From IMG/VR virus record IMGVR_UViG_3300035660_000549: a DNA stretch of 64,000 nucleotides. One strand, given 5' to 3'. Position numbers and translations under genes: made by a program. The notes below the pieces were generated by a model. That model searched no databases. It had not been told where the DNA came from and saw only the letters and a list, made by a program, of their open reading frames with translations. Positions 27,728-37,170 of the stretch are shown here, one piece after another. Source of the DNA: an uncultured virus (IMG/VR IMGVR_UViG_3300035660_000549). Taxonomy: Duplodnaviria > Heunggongvirae > Uroviricota > Caudoviricetes. Within the stretch, counting starts at the first letter, position 1; every line of letters starts with the position of its first letter.

Positions 27728-29640
27728 GATCTCACCCTAACATTGAATAGAGGACATCTTCTACAGACCTCATGTATCTGACCAGTATAAAGCATCTTCC
27801 TAAGTCTCCTAAACTCATTTCCATACCATATGTCTTTGAAAGGAGTCTTAAAGACATTACCCATAGACCATTCCTTCTGGTAATCTCTTTCATTCCCTTC
27901 ATTAGTAGCACAGCATGGTACTACTTCTCCAGTGACAAATATGAAGGGTTGTACATATGCTGTACACTGGTATAGAGGAGGTTTCACTAGAGGAGTATTA
28001 GCATTGAACCTTACTTCTAAACCTAGCTTCTTGGCTCTAGTGAATATCTGGTTCCTGGTCTTCTCTGGGACTTCAACAAACATATCTTTCACTTCTGGAT
28101 ATGGATGTAGCATCCTTGAATACTGTACAAACCATGTGTCTACTCCCAGGTCTTTAACTAGGTCCAAATAGTCCAGAACATCGCATAGATTCTGTTTGTT
28201 TATAATATAGTGGAAGCAGAACCTAGGATAGTGTACTCCCTTATCCTTCTTGATCTGATCTAGCTTCTTGATATTGTTCAAAACCTTCTCAAAGTTAGAC
28301 CCTGGTCTCTGGAATGCATAGGTCTCCTCATGAGCAGCATCCATTGAGACATATATCTTATCTAGACCCATATCTACCCACTCATTCAAGACCTTGTCAG
28401 TTGTGTTGTGGAAATGATCAAAGATTTCCATATATACATCAGGATCCTTCTTGACATACTTCTGCATCTCTATGAAGTCCTTGTTCATTAGAGACTCTCC
28501 TATCCCAGTCAGGCCTATCTGTTTGAGATCTGGAAACTGGTCTATTATATTCTTAAACTCTTCCAGGGTCATATTCCTATTAGGTTCTTTCCAGTGTGTT
28601 CTTTCACACATAGGGCAGGATAGATTACAGAAGGTAGAAACTTCTACTTCTACCCATTCTAGGTATGGTTCTAGGTAGTAGTCTATCATTATCTTGAGAG
28701 GATCTGAAGTGAAATAGTAATTATGAAACTTTAGAATATTATATGCCCACTGGAGACTCTTCTCTTTAGCTACTATAGGATCATTTTTAAATATTGTTTC
28801 AGCATCTTCCATGATCTTCTTATCCATTTCGTTCTTCTTGTCTTCTAAATAGTTCTTTAGTCCTGGAGTTAGAGGGCCTGGTTCTCCAGGAGTTATTCTA
28901 ACCTTATTGAAAGCACTATAGAAGATATTATCCCTAGGATATCCTCCAAATCTATAGTTAAGAGGAGAATGCCTAATATTATATTTAGTTAGATCTTCAT
29001 GTCCTACCCTTAGATAAGGAAGGCCAACAGTTCTATATCCTCTTTTATAAGCATTGTAGCATAAAGAAACAGTAGGATATGGATCAACGATCTCTGTATC
29101 TCTAAAGACATCTCCTTTCACTAGCATACATCCCCCAGCAGAACTTATCTCTATAGGTACTATGAGACCAGAACCAGGAGGATATTGTGGATGGAAACAT
29201 CTATTCTCTATTCTAAACTTGAAGGTGTCATAGAAGATATTAGTATTTCTAACATAGATATAGGGAGCTGAGATAGGCTGGTCTACTCTTTGGAGTTCAT
29301 TGATTAGGAAGGGAGGAGCTTCAACAATATCCGAATCTAGAAGTAGGAAGTAGTCCTCACTGAACATCTTCTTCCAGTCATTAAAGATGCTAGAACCCAT
29401 TTCTACACCATATTCCAGGAGGTCTTTAGAATATGGTTCCTTGTATACTTCAATATTGAGTTTGCTGGAATCTTTGAATTCTTTTATAGCCTTCAATGCT
29501 CCTTTGTCTACTGTATCCTTCACAGAATAAACTATTCTGAGGTCTTCTTTATTATAACTAAGATTTCTAAGGAGACTAAAATGGTCTTTAAGCCAGGGTC
29601 TGTCTCCTTCTATTCTAACTCCTACAAAGACTCTACTCAA
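27724..29640 (-). CDS. Fusion: GT-A glycosyltransferase-like domain + radical SAM/SPASM domain
   Basis: N-terminal 'YFLLLDSDIV' (DxD) and 'SAGGCMLV'; C-terminal 'CNLSCPMC', 'GEVVPCC', 'CRRC'. Confidence 0.85.
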   Translation of the reverse strand: MSRVFVGVRIEGDRPWLKDHFSLLRNLSYNKEDLRIVYSVKDTVDKGALKAIKEFKDSSKLNIEVYKEPYSKDLLEYGVEMGSSIFNDWKKMFSEDYFLLLDSDIVEAPPFLINELQRVDQPISAPYIYVRNTNIFYDTFKFRIENRCFHPQYPPGSGLIVPIEISSAGGCMLVKGDVFRDTEIVDPYPTVSLCYNAYKRGYRTVGLPYLRVGHEDLTKYNIRHSPLNYRFGGYPRDNIFYSAFNKVRITPGEPGPLTPGLKNYLEDKKNEMDKKIMEDAETIFKNDPIVAKEKSLQWAYNILKFHNYYFTSDPLKIMIDYYLEPYLEWVEVEVSTFCNLSCPMCERTHWKEPNRNMTLEEFKNIIDQFPDLKQIGLTGIGESLMNKDFIEMQKYVKKDPDVYMEIFDHFHNTTDKVLNEWVDMGLDKIYVSMDAAHEETYAFQRPGSNFEKVLNNIKKLDQIKKDKGVHYPRFCFHYIINKQNLCDVLDYLDLVKDLGVDTWFVQYSRMLHPYPEVKDMFVEVPEKTRNQIFTRAKKLGLEVRFNANTPLVKPPLYQCTAYVQPFIFVTGEVVPCCATNEGNERDYQKEWSMGNVFKTPFKDIWYGNEFRRLRKMLYTGQIHEVCRRCPLFNVRVRS

Positions 29641-31500
29641 CTAGAGAATTCTCCTTTCCTGGTATGGTGACTCTCCTAGTTCTAGAGACCCCAGAAATGG
29701 GATCCATTTGTTTGTTATTATATCATCCCAGTTGTAGTTGATAGCAAACTCTCTAGATGCCTTAGAGAACTTAGTTCTCTCATCAGTATTGAAGTATGCT
29801 CTCTTCAGTTTGTCTGCAAGATCATAGTTATCTGGCTCTCCTGTCTCAGCATTTAAGGGAGTAGTCATATAGTTGATACCAGTACCCATACTCTTTACTA
29901 GCCATCCTCTTCCCTTGACCAGTTCTACAGGAGAAGAGAAGTTGTGTACTATGTTGGGAATAGAACAGGCCATACTCTCTATTATTGGTATTCCAAAACC
30001 TTCTCTCTTAGAGCATAGTAGATGTACATCCATAGCATTGTATAGGATAGACATCTCTTCTTCAGACAATCCAGTATCAAATATTCCTGGGTCTAGGAAT
30101 CTTACAATATTGTCTAGTTTGTGTTTGTGTACTATATTGGATAGAGGCATTCCCCTAGGGTCTATAGGGTTACTATGGTATAGCCAGACTACATCTTTTA
30201 CATCTGGATTCTCTTCTAGGAAGTATTGCATAGCTTTGATCATTCCAGCATGATTTTTTCTGTCCTCTTTATCGGAGTTGGCCGCTACTGTACCGAATAC
30301 AAATTTGTCTTCTAGACCTAGCTTGAGTCTCTTCCTACACTCCTGTTTGTCCTGGGGTTTGTAGATAGAAATGTCTACTCCATGAGGTATAACTGTAGAA
30401 TCTATTCCTTTCTTCTGGAGTTCTCCCTTCTGCCAGTCACATAGAGATATAATCTTCTTGTACTTCCTAGTGAAGGATAATATCTCTTCTGGATAGTCCT
30501 GATGATCCATAGGACTGTAGATGCATGGAAAAGGCATTATATCTGGGAACTGAGAGAAGGCCCACCAATCGGTATTACCACTGATTACAATCTTACTTGA
30601 CCTTCTAGTTAGTATCAGACCAGAAGGTACTTTTAGAGAATATATAAAACCTTTGTATTCTTTGAAACCATCTCTTCCCAGACCATATTTAGGTCTTATT
30701 TCAGTATCTTTACGTTTTTTAATACTAACAATAAATTGGTCTCTATCTTTATGGATATCACTGGAGAATCCTGCTTTGATAGCTATCTCTTGATATTTAT
30801 CTGCTAAGTTTCTATTCTTTGTACTTATATTCCTAGTAATAGAATTCGAACAAGTCCATCCCTTCTTGTTTAGTATTTTACTAAGTTCTCTTTTGTTCTT
30901 TAACATTAAAGATTTATCTTTCCAGGTCGATATTTTAAGATATTTTCTTCTCTTTCCTAAAACTTCAGAAGGAAGTTCTATTCCATAATTATTCTTCTTT
31001 GCCGAATCTCTTTTCTTAACATATAATCTATGGTTAGGAGAAACACATAAACTCAAATCTCTAGATTCTACATAGTACATTTTGCCTTCATATGGAACTA
31101 CAAAATATTTTTCTGGTTTCACATATTCTAAATATTTTTCTTTTTCATTATACTGAACAACTTCTTCTGAACCAACTAGGTCTCTAAACAACTTCCAACC
31201 TTTATTAGTTAAGATTTCTGTTTGATCATCATAGCAATGTAGGATCTGTATATCTGTCTTGAACTGTCTAGCAAACTTAGCAGCAGAATTCACTCCAAAG
31301 GGACCATCCTTAGAAGCTAGTACTATTACCCCATTGTAGTTTATTACTCCTCCAGGCTCACATCCATAGTAGGCAGATACTATCATTCTGTATCCATACT
31401 TTGTAAGTAAGCTGGTCACATATCTTGTTACCTTGCCATATCCGCTAGAGATCCATGGAGCAACTGAGTGAAAAAGGATCGTCATTTTAGGTTCAGACAT
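29641..31500 (-). CDS. GT4 glycosyltransferase interrupted by an intein
   Basis: 'SGYG', 'IPHGVD', 'RKN', 'EGFGIPIIESMAC'; internal intein. Confidence 0.88.
   Translation of the reverse strand: MSEPKMTILFHSVAPWISSGYGKVTRYVTSLLTKYGYRMIVSAYYGCEPGGVINYNGVIVLASKDGPFGVNSAAKFARQFKTDIQILHCYDDQTEILTNKGWKLFRDLVGSEEVVQYNEKEKYLEYVKPEKYFVVPYEGKMYYVESRDLSLCVSPNHRLYVKKRDSAKKNNYGIELPSEVLGKRRKYLKISTWKDKSLMLKNKRELSKILNKKGWTCSNSITRNISTKNRNLADKYQEIAIKAGFSSDIHKDRDQFIVSIKKRKDTEIRPKYGLGRDGFKEYKGFIYSLKVPSGLILTRRSSKIVISGNTDWWAFSQFPDIMPFPCIYSPMDHQDYPEEILSFTRKYKKIISLCDWQKGELQKKGIDSTVIPHGVDISIYKPQDKQECRKRLKLGLEDKFVFGTVAANSDKEDRKNHAGMIKAMQYFLEENPDVKDVVWLYHSNPIDPRGMPLSNIVHKHKLDNIVRFLDPGIFDTGLSEEEMSILYNAMDVHLLCSKREGFGIPIIESMACSIPNIVHNFSSPVELVKGRGWLVKSMGTGINYMTTPLNAETGEPDNYDLADKLKRAYFNTDERTKFSKASREFAINYNWDDIITNKWIPFLGSLELGESPYQERRIL
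30574..31236 (-). mobile_element. Intein (221 aa, degenerate endonuclease remnant)
   Basis: Block A 'H|CYDDQTEILTNKGW', block B 'VSPNHRL', C-terminus 'YSLKVPSG...ISGN|T' (Asn then Thr+1); AT-richer than flanks. Confidence 0.9.
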
Positions 31501-31502
31501 AT

Positions 31503-32654
31503 TTATACCTTCTCGATCTCTTTTAGATGTTTAAGTAAGAAATTACCATAGTATACTAAATTCTTGTATTCCAATCCTACTTCATGGTCTTCCATATCTT
31601 CTATTTCTGGATCTGGCCTTATAGGAATAGCAGATACTTCATTGTTGTTATATAGATATAGAATTCCTCCAGAAGGTCTATTGGACAGAGTATACTCCCA
31701 CTTCTGGAAGCCTCCAGTTACATCCCAGGCTACATCATTGAATAGGAGAGATACACACAGCCAGTGGGTATGAGATGTACAGATCCTTTCTACATTAATG
31801 TTCATTGATCTATATTTAGCTACAGAGTCCAGACAATCTCTCTGTAGTTTAGGAGGTACTGGGCAACTATCAGAGTATGAGAGACCATGAGTAAATAGGA
31901 CATTGTACTCTCCTATTGGATCTGCTATGTTTACTACTCCTTCATGAGATAGATATCTAGCTTTTGATCCTAGAAGTCTCTTTAGATACAATATAAAATT
32001 ATTGTCTAAGTTTTCATGAGTACCTCTTATCATATATATTCTATCTATCTTTCTACCAGCTGTTTCTTCTATGTCTTCGAATACCTTCTTTAGAATATAC
32101 TCACATAGGAAGACCTGCCAGTGACCTCTAGATAGAAGGTTCCTAAGTTCCTGGAATTTGTATACATTCCTTCCAGCTACAAGATCACCGTTCAATTCAA
32201 TATATAGTCCTTTAATAATATAGTTTTTCTTAATGTATTTAATGACCTCTTGAGCATTCTTGATAGTGGACCAGAAGGTGTCTGGGAGATGATTAGCATC
32301 TCCTATATGGAAGTCTGATAGGACTAGTGTAATAGTACAGTCTTTATTATCATTTAATCTTATAGGTACCAGTATATGGGATCTTCTAATCTTCTTAATC
32401 TCTCTCTGTTTAATAGACATCTTGTTTAAAGTATCTTCTAGGATTGATTTAGCATCTTCTATTCTTTCTTCTTTTAATAGTTCAGACTTAATATATGCTG
32501 CTTCTGCTACAGTCCTTCTAGGGATATTATACTTCTCTAGAAGGTGTTCTACTTGGCCTTTAGTTAGTTTTAGAAAAGTAGATATTTCTCTAATTGATTT
32601 TCTCTTAGTCCAATAAAGATCTTCTAGTTCATCTTTAGATATGGATTCACTCAT
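31503..32654 (-). CDS. HTH + calcineurin-like metallophosphoesterase
   Basis: 'LSDFHIG', 'NGDLV', 'GTHE', 'THG', 'SHTH'; N-terminal HTH 'LEDLYW..KSIREIS'. Confidence 0.8.
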   Translation of the reverse strand: MSESISKDELEDLYWTKRKSIREISTFLKLTKGQVEHLLEKYNIPRRTVAEAAYIKSELLKEERIEDAKSILEDTLNKMSIKQREIKKIRRSHILVPIRLNDNKDCTITLVLSDFHIGDANHLPDTFWSTIKNAQEVIKYIKKNYIIKGLYIELNGDLVAGRNVYKFQELRNLLSRGHWQVFLCEYILKKVFEDIEETAGRKIDRIYMIRGTHENLDNNFILYLKRLLGSKARYLSHEGVVNIADPIGEYNVLFTHGLSYSDSCPVPPKLQRDCLDSVAKYRSMNINVERICTSHTHWLCVSLLFNDVAWDVTGGFQKWEYTLSNRPSGGILYLYNNNEVSAIPIRPDPEIEDMEDHEVGLEYKNLVYYGNFLLKHLKEIEKV

Positions 32655-33119
32655 TTATTCAGATCGGTCTCCATAAACAACTATACTTATAGAAGGACAT
32701 AACTCCCTTAAAAACCTAACGACCTGGGGAGTGTCTTCAAAATAGATATCAATCTGCTCCTCTTTTAGAATCTTAGCTTTTAATTCTGCCATTCTCTTAA
32801 ACCATTCTGTTAGACTACCTCCAATATAGTTACCAGGAGGTAGATGAGCAAATATTATTTTGTTGTAAGGAATATTATGTTTCTTCAGCCAGGTATAAGT
32901 GATCTCTTTAATAGGTTCATCTCTACTTGTTATTATTATAATTTCATCTTCTGGTAAGGCTAGTAAACTGGGATCGAACTGTACTTTGCAAGTCTTGTAA
33001 TACCATGATTCCAGTTCTTTTCTGGTCTCTTCTCTAGTTTCAAAGTCTATAGATCTAAGTTTGAATAGATCTATCTCAGCTATAACACCATCCAAATCTA
33101 TACCAATTCGAATGTCTAT
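32655..33119 (-). CDS. HAD-family 5'(3')-nucleotidase-like phosphatase (non-AUG start)
   Basis: The track start cuts HAD motif I; the upstream frame reads IDIRIGIDLDGV, bounded by TAG with no ATG/GTG/TTG. Start ATA 33119 or ATT 33113. Also 'ITSR' and 'YFEDTP'. Confidence 0.8.
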   Translation of the reverse strand: MDIRIGIDLDGVIAEIDLFKLRSIDFETREETRKELESWYYKTCKVQFDPSLLALPEDEIIIITSRDEPIKEITYTWLKKHNIPYNKIIFAHLPPGNYIGGSLTEWFKRMAELKAKILKEEQIDIYFEDTPQVVRFLRELCPSISIVVYGDRSE

Positions 33120-33268
33120 CTCTCTCCAATTTTTAATTTTCTAACTTCTATAGCTGGGAAAGAATAGTGACAACTTGGTTCTATAGTATTTTTTCCTGGA
33201 TCGAAGCAACAATATTGTTCTTCCCTATAAAAACAATTTCTACATATTTCTAAAGCATCTTTAGACAT
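33116..33268 (-). CDS. Small Cys-rich protein (50 aa)
   Basis: GAGGTGA SD; MSKDALEICRNCFY...CCF...CHY...GER*. Confidence 0.55.
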   Translation of the reverse strand: MSKDALEICRNCFYREEQYCCFDPGKNTIEPSCHYSFPAIEVRKLKIGER

Positions 33269-33280
33269 TTCATTCACCTC

Positions 33281-33397
33281 TCAAACATCTACTCCATGTT
33301 CATTCCTAAGATGTTCCTTAAGGTCCCAAATACTATCGAATATCTTCTCACACTTCTTCCTCCCATCTCTACAGTCACACTGGTACTTCTCTGTCAT
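33281..33397 (-). CDS. Small C2H2 zinc-finger protein (38 aa)
   Basis: MTEKYQCDCRDGRKKCEKIFDSIWDLKEHLRNEHGVDV; ATGA overlap with the upstream gene. Confidence 0.7.
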   Translation of the reverse strand: MTEKYQCDCRDGRKKCEKIFDSIWDLKEHLRNEHGVDV

Positions 33398-33756
33398 TTA
33401 AAAATCGACCTTAACTGATCCAAGAGATCTTGGTTTATATTAGTTCTAGGACATTTCCTCTTCACCAATTCTAGTGCTTCCTCCCATTCATAGTCACACT
33501 GTAGTCCTAGGATAGTAGCTGCTATAGCTGGAGATCTAGAGATACCAGCCTGGCACTGTAGAATTAGTCTAATATTTCTCTCCCTAGCTATAGTATAGAA
33601 AGCTACTGCATTCTTTATAGTATTCACTAGAGGAGTAATATCGTTTGTACCATCTTTGAGACTTCTAAGATCAAATATAATAGATCCATATTCTTCTTCT
33701 GTTAGACCTTCATCTACTGCTTTAATGCCTAAGATTCTATTAATCCAGTAAACTAT
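33394..33756 (-). CDS. Dual-specificity (CX5R) phosphatase (ATA start)
   Basis: 'QCQAGISRS' P-loop; frame extends 43 codons upstream of the track start to ATA 33756 after AAGGGA (MVYWINRILG...LKDG). Confidence 0.8.
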   Translation of the reverse strand: MVYWINRILGIKAVDEGLTEEEYGSIIFDLRSLKDGTNDITPLVNTIKNAVAFYTIARERNIRLILQCQAGISRSPAIAATILGLQCDYEWEEALELVKRKCPRTNINQDLLDQLRSIFK

Positions 33757-33770
33757 CTCTAATCCCTTCT

Positions 33771-33977
33771 TTAGACATATTTAGTTGTAGGAGTGTAAGT
33801 CCATGTCCAGGTTATAGTATAAGGAGGATAATAAGGATATACTGGATATGGATATATTGGGTACCATCCATTATCAGATACTTCTACCCAACCTCTTCCA
33901 AAACATCCATTGCATATATCACCATTAGGAAGCTTTCCTTTACCCATACAGACTGGACATATTTGTGCATGTGCCAT
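33771..33977 (-). CDS. Small DnaJ-type zinc-finger protein with Pro/Tyr-rich tail
   Basis: CPVCMGKG...CNGCFGRG. Confidence 0.7.
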   Translation of the reverse strand: MAHAQICPVCMGKGKLPNGDICNGCFGRGWVEVSDNGWYPIYPYPVYPYYPPYTITWTWTYTPTTKYV

Positions 33978-33978
33978 T

Positions 33979-34593
33979 CTACTTCACCTCTTTTAATATA
34001 TTCAAAGCTATCTTTATAGCTTTCTTATAATCTATAGAAGCTGGAAGACTTCTATATTCAAAACCATGAGACTTCAATTCATATTCTCCAGGTATCCTAT
34101 TAGATAGAAGGATATCTTCCTTATATTTATTATCTAAGTTTCTAACTATACTTTCTATAGGAAGTTCCCTCTGGAGACATTTGGTACCAAATATCCTCCT
34201 AGAAGAGAAGTGGATGTGTAGACCAGCAGTTGCTAGGTTATTACTGAATCCAGTATGATGAGATTCTTTAGATCCATATATGTTCCTAGTCTGGTCTGGT
34301 AACATTGAATGTCTATACTTCTCTGATATATAGTCCTGGAACTCCTTAGATACTTCTACTGAAGGAGACCTTCTAACTATAAATCCCATTTCTCCAGCTT
34401 TACAGATATTAATTCTCATTAAAGTTTCCATACTATCTGTTATATCCTGGTAGTTGTCTGAATGTTCACTTCTAATCTCTATAAGGAAACCCATCTCATC
34501 AGAAGGGAATCCATATTTGATTGGTTCTAGAATATTATTATCTTTATCTAGGAGGAATAGTTCTAGTTCTGCTCCTACTTCATTTAATATCAT
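33979..34593 (-). CDS. COOH-NH2 ligase type 2 (phiEco32-like), copy 2
   Basis: 'GAELELFL', 'DEMGFLIEIR', 'AGLHIHFS', 'KSHGFEYRSLP'. Confidence 0.75.
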   Translation of the reverse strand: MILNEVGAELELFLLDKDNNILEPIKYGFPSDEMGFLIEIRSEHSDNYQDITDSMETLMRINICKAGEMGFIVRRSPSVEVSKEFQDYISEKYRHSMLPDQTRNIYGSKESHHTGFSNNLATAGLHIHFSSRRIFGTKCLQRELPIESIVRNLDNKYKEDILLSNRIPGEYELKSHGFEYRSLPASIDYKKAIKIALNILKEVK

Positions 34594-34970
34594 TTTTTCT
34601 CACTCTTATATTCTACCAGTTCAGGTCTTCCATATTGGAAGTTCCTTTGTTTGTTCTTCTTAAGTTTATCCATGAATACCTTATCTGGTACTTCTAGTGG
34701 AATGTCTCTTTGAAGAAGACCATAGAGATCTAGTAAATAGAAGATAGAGTCTATCAGTTCCTCTTGAACTTCTTCCCTAGCATGTTTAGATACCTTAAGA
34801 GTTTCTACTCCATGTTTCTTAATAATCTCCATCGCTTCAGACAACTCCATTATAGCAAAAAGACCTTTACCGAACAATACCTTATCTGTACACTCATCTT
34901 CAAAACCCTTCTCTTTTACCAGGTCTCTAATATACTGGACACATTCATATAGGTTTACCATTTTATTCAC
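34590..34970 (-). CDS. MazG-like NTP pyrophosphohydrolase
   Basis: 'ELSEAME...EELID...Y...KLKKN' pattern. Confidence 0.8.
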   Translation of the reverse strand: MNKMVNLYECVQYIRDLVKEKGFEDECTDKVLFGKGLFAIMELSEAMEIIKKHGVETLKVSKHAREEVQEELIDSIFYLLDLYGLLQRDIPLEVPDKVFMDKLKKNKQRNFQYGRPELVEYKSEKK

Positions 34971-35101
34971 CTATTAATATTTTATTCATTTCATTTATTA
35001 TCTCTATAACTGTTTCCTTCTTAAATATTTTATACCAATCAGAAAAGTCTCCTTCTATAACAGTAACTCCATCGATATTTAAAATCTTATACTTAGGCAT
35101 T

Positions 35102-36515
35102 TTATACATATCCTAATATACTATTATCTAATCTGTTCTTTATCATATTTATATATTTCTCTGAAATCTCTATTCCAATATAATCTAGACCTAGTTTCTT
35201 GGCTACTAATAAAGTAGTTCCTGATCCAGCAAAAGGATCTAAAACCAGACCCTTAGACCACACAATATCTTTACATTTACACTGGGGTATCCATCCCTGG
35301 AACTCCTTCTTCTTAAGCATAGAGTTTACAATCCTTCTCTTGATAGAAGAGGGGTCATTAGTCTCTGTATCCTTATTACTAGTTCCAGAGTACTTCCCCT
35401 CCCTATCAGTACCATATCTCCTTCTAATAAACTCTTGCTCATCTTCTGGAAGGTCTTCCCATTTCCTGGTTATTATCTTAAAGACCTGCTTCTTGGGTTT
35501 ACCACATCTAGAACATACTTCTCTAGGACATCCAGCCTTGATACATCTTTCAACTAGTTCCTCTGGAAATACTGCAAAGTGACTTCCTTTGAAGTTAGAA
35601 GTCTTTATCTCCCAGACATCTCCTGGATTTTTACCTCTAGGGTTGTATCCAACTCCCCTAAAACCAGAAGGCCCTTCTAGAGATTTGCCAGTCATGTGAG
35701 GTACCCTAGAAAACTTAGATCTTTTGTCTCTATCAGCCCAGATAGACTTCTCCCTAACCTTGTCTAGATCGAAGAAGTATCTGTTAGACTTTACAAACAT
35801 GAAGATATACTCATGAGCAGATACAAACCTATCCTGGACTGGATGTGGCATAAATCCAATTTTAGACCAGATAATATCATTTCTACAGATCCATCCTTCA
35901 TCCATCATTGCTATTGCTAGTCTATGAGGAATAAGCATTAGTTGCTTAGGTACTAGCCACTTCTCTTTCCCTACACAAGACATTGAAGGAGGCTGGAAGT
36001 GACCAGAAGGATGAATATCCATACTAGTACTCTGGAAGCCAGTAGAATGTATCTCTTTGATACCATAAGCAGACATTGATCCACAGTACTTGTCTCCTAT
36101 GTTCAAGAAGAAGACACCAGAAGGCTTCAGTACTCTCTTGACTTCATTGAAGATATCTACCAGATGTTTGATATATAACATAGGAGTAGGTTCTTCTCCT
36201 AACTGGCCCCAGAAAGCATTGCACTTCTTACAGAAGGCCTGGTGGTGTTCTTTGATCCAGGCTTTGTTATACTCTCCCTTTACTCCATATACACCTGGAC
36301 CAGGAGTACCCCAACAATTAGAAGGAACTGTATAGTAATCCCATTCATGAGTGCAATTAGGATCCCCATCAAAAATAGTTTGAGATCCTGGATAGAAGCG
36401 TTGGCTGAAAGTATGGAGGACTTGTAATAACACAATCCACTATATTATCAGGCAACTTCTTAAGTACTTCCAGAGCATTGCCTTCTAGGATTTTGTTACG
36501 ATATTCCACTCTCAT
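35102..36515 (-). CDS. Beta-class N4-C/N6-A DNA methyltransferase split by a +1 frameshift at ~36408
   Basis: 5' frame (36515/36509 to stop at 36369) encodes 'NKILEGNALEVLKKLPDNIVDCVITSPPYF'; the rest (NIGD, HFAVFP, LDPFAGSGTT) is in the +1 frame. Confidence 0.85.
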
Positions 36516-37170
36516 CACCTCCAATTAGGTCTCTATAAATATTTGATTTACTATGAACCCATAAATGACATTCCCTACATAATAAAATAAGATTGTTTAA
36601 ATCAAAAATGTGATCTTTAAAGTAAAAAGGTATTATATGATGAATATGGAAATCTTTATAATTTCTCCATCCTGCTTTTTTGTTACATCTTTGGCAAGTT
36701 CTTTTATCCCTGATCCATACTTCCTGACAAATTGTTTTCCATCTGGGAGAATGATATAATTCTTGTCTAAGAGGAGTTATGCCTCCCTTCCAGCTTGGAC
36801 ATAAAGCACCTCTCTTTCCATACATTGGATTTGTTTCTCCAAACATTCTATCTGTTCTAAGATTTCTTGCTTGAATTTTGTCTCTTCTTTTTATCTTATG
36901 TTTTCCTAGAAAATAAATGATATTATTTCGAGTACAATTTTCTTCATGTGCAATAACTCCAGAACTCTTCTTTTTAGTAACATATTCATCATATAACCAT
37001 TCCTTACTCCAGTATTTCTTAGGACTTCTCCAATGCCTACCATTTTTAAATTCAGTTTCTGTATTATAATGAATTCCTTTAATAAATCTTCCCTTATTGT
37101 CTCTTGGAAGATCTTCTTCTAAAGCCGATCCCTGGAGGACCTTGTTAAGATAGTTCTCCTTTTTCAACAT
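36496..37170 (-). CDS. HNH homing endonuclease with HTH/NUMOD3-like DNA-binding regions
   Basis: 'RDKRTCQRC', 'HIHHIIPF', 'NLILLCRECH', 'NPMYGKRG..PSWKGG'. Confidence 0.88.
   Translation of the reverse strand: MLKKENYLNKVLQGSALEEDLPRDNKGRFIKGIHYNTETEFKNGRHWRSPKKYWSKEWLYDEYVTKKKSSGVIAHEENCTRNNIIYFLGKHKIKRRDKIQARNLRTDRMFGETNPMYGKRGALCPSWKGGITPLRQELYHSPRWKTICQEVWIRDKRTCQRCNKKAGWRNYKDFHIHHIIPFYFKDHIFDLNNLILLCRECHLWVHSKSNIYRDLIGGDESGIS

Noticed and set aside
35102..36433. Track start of the methyltransferase (MLLQVLHT...)
   Set aside because: This start omits the catalytic SPPY motif, which lies upstream in a different frame.
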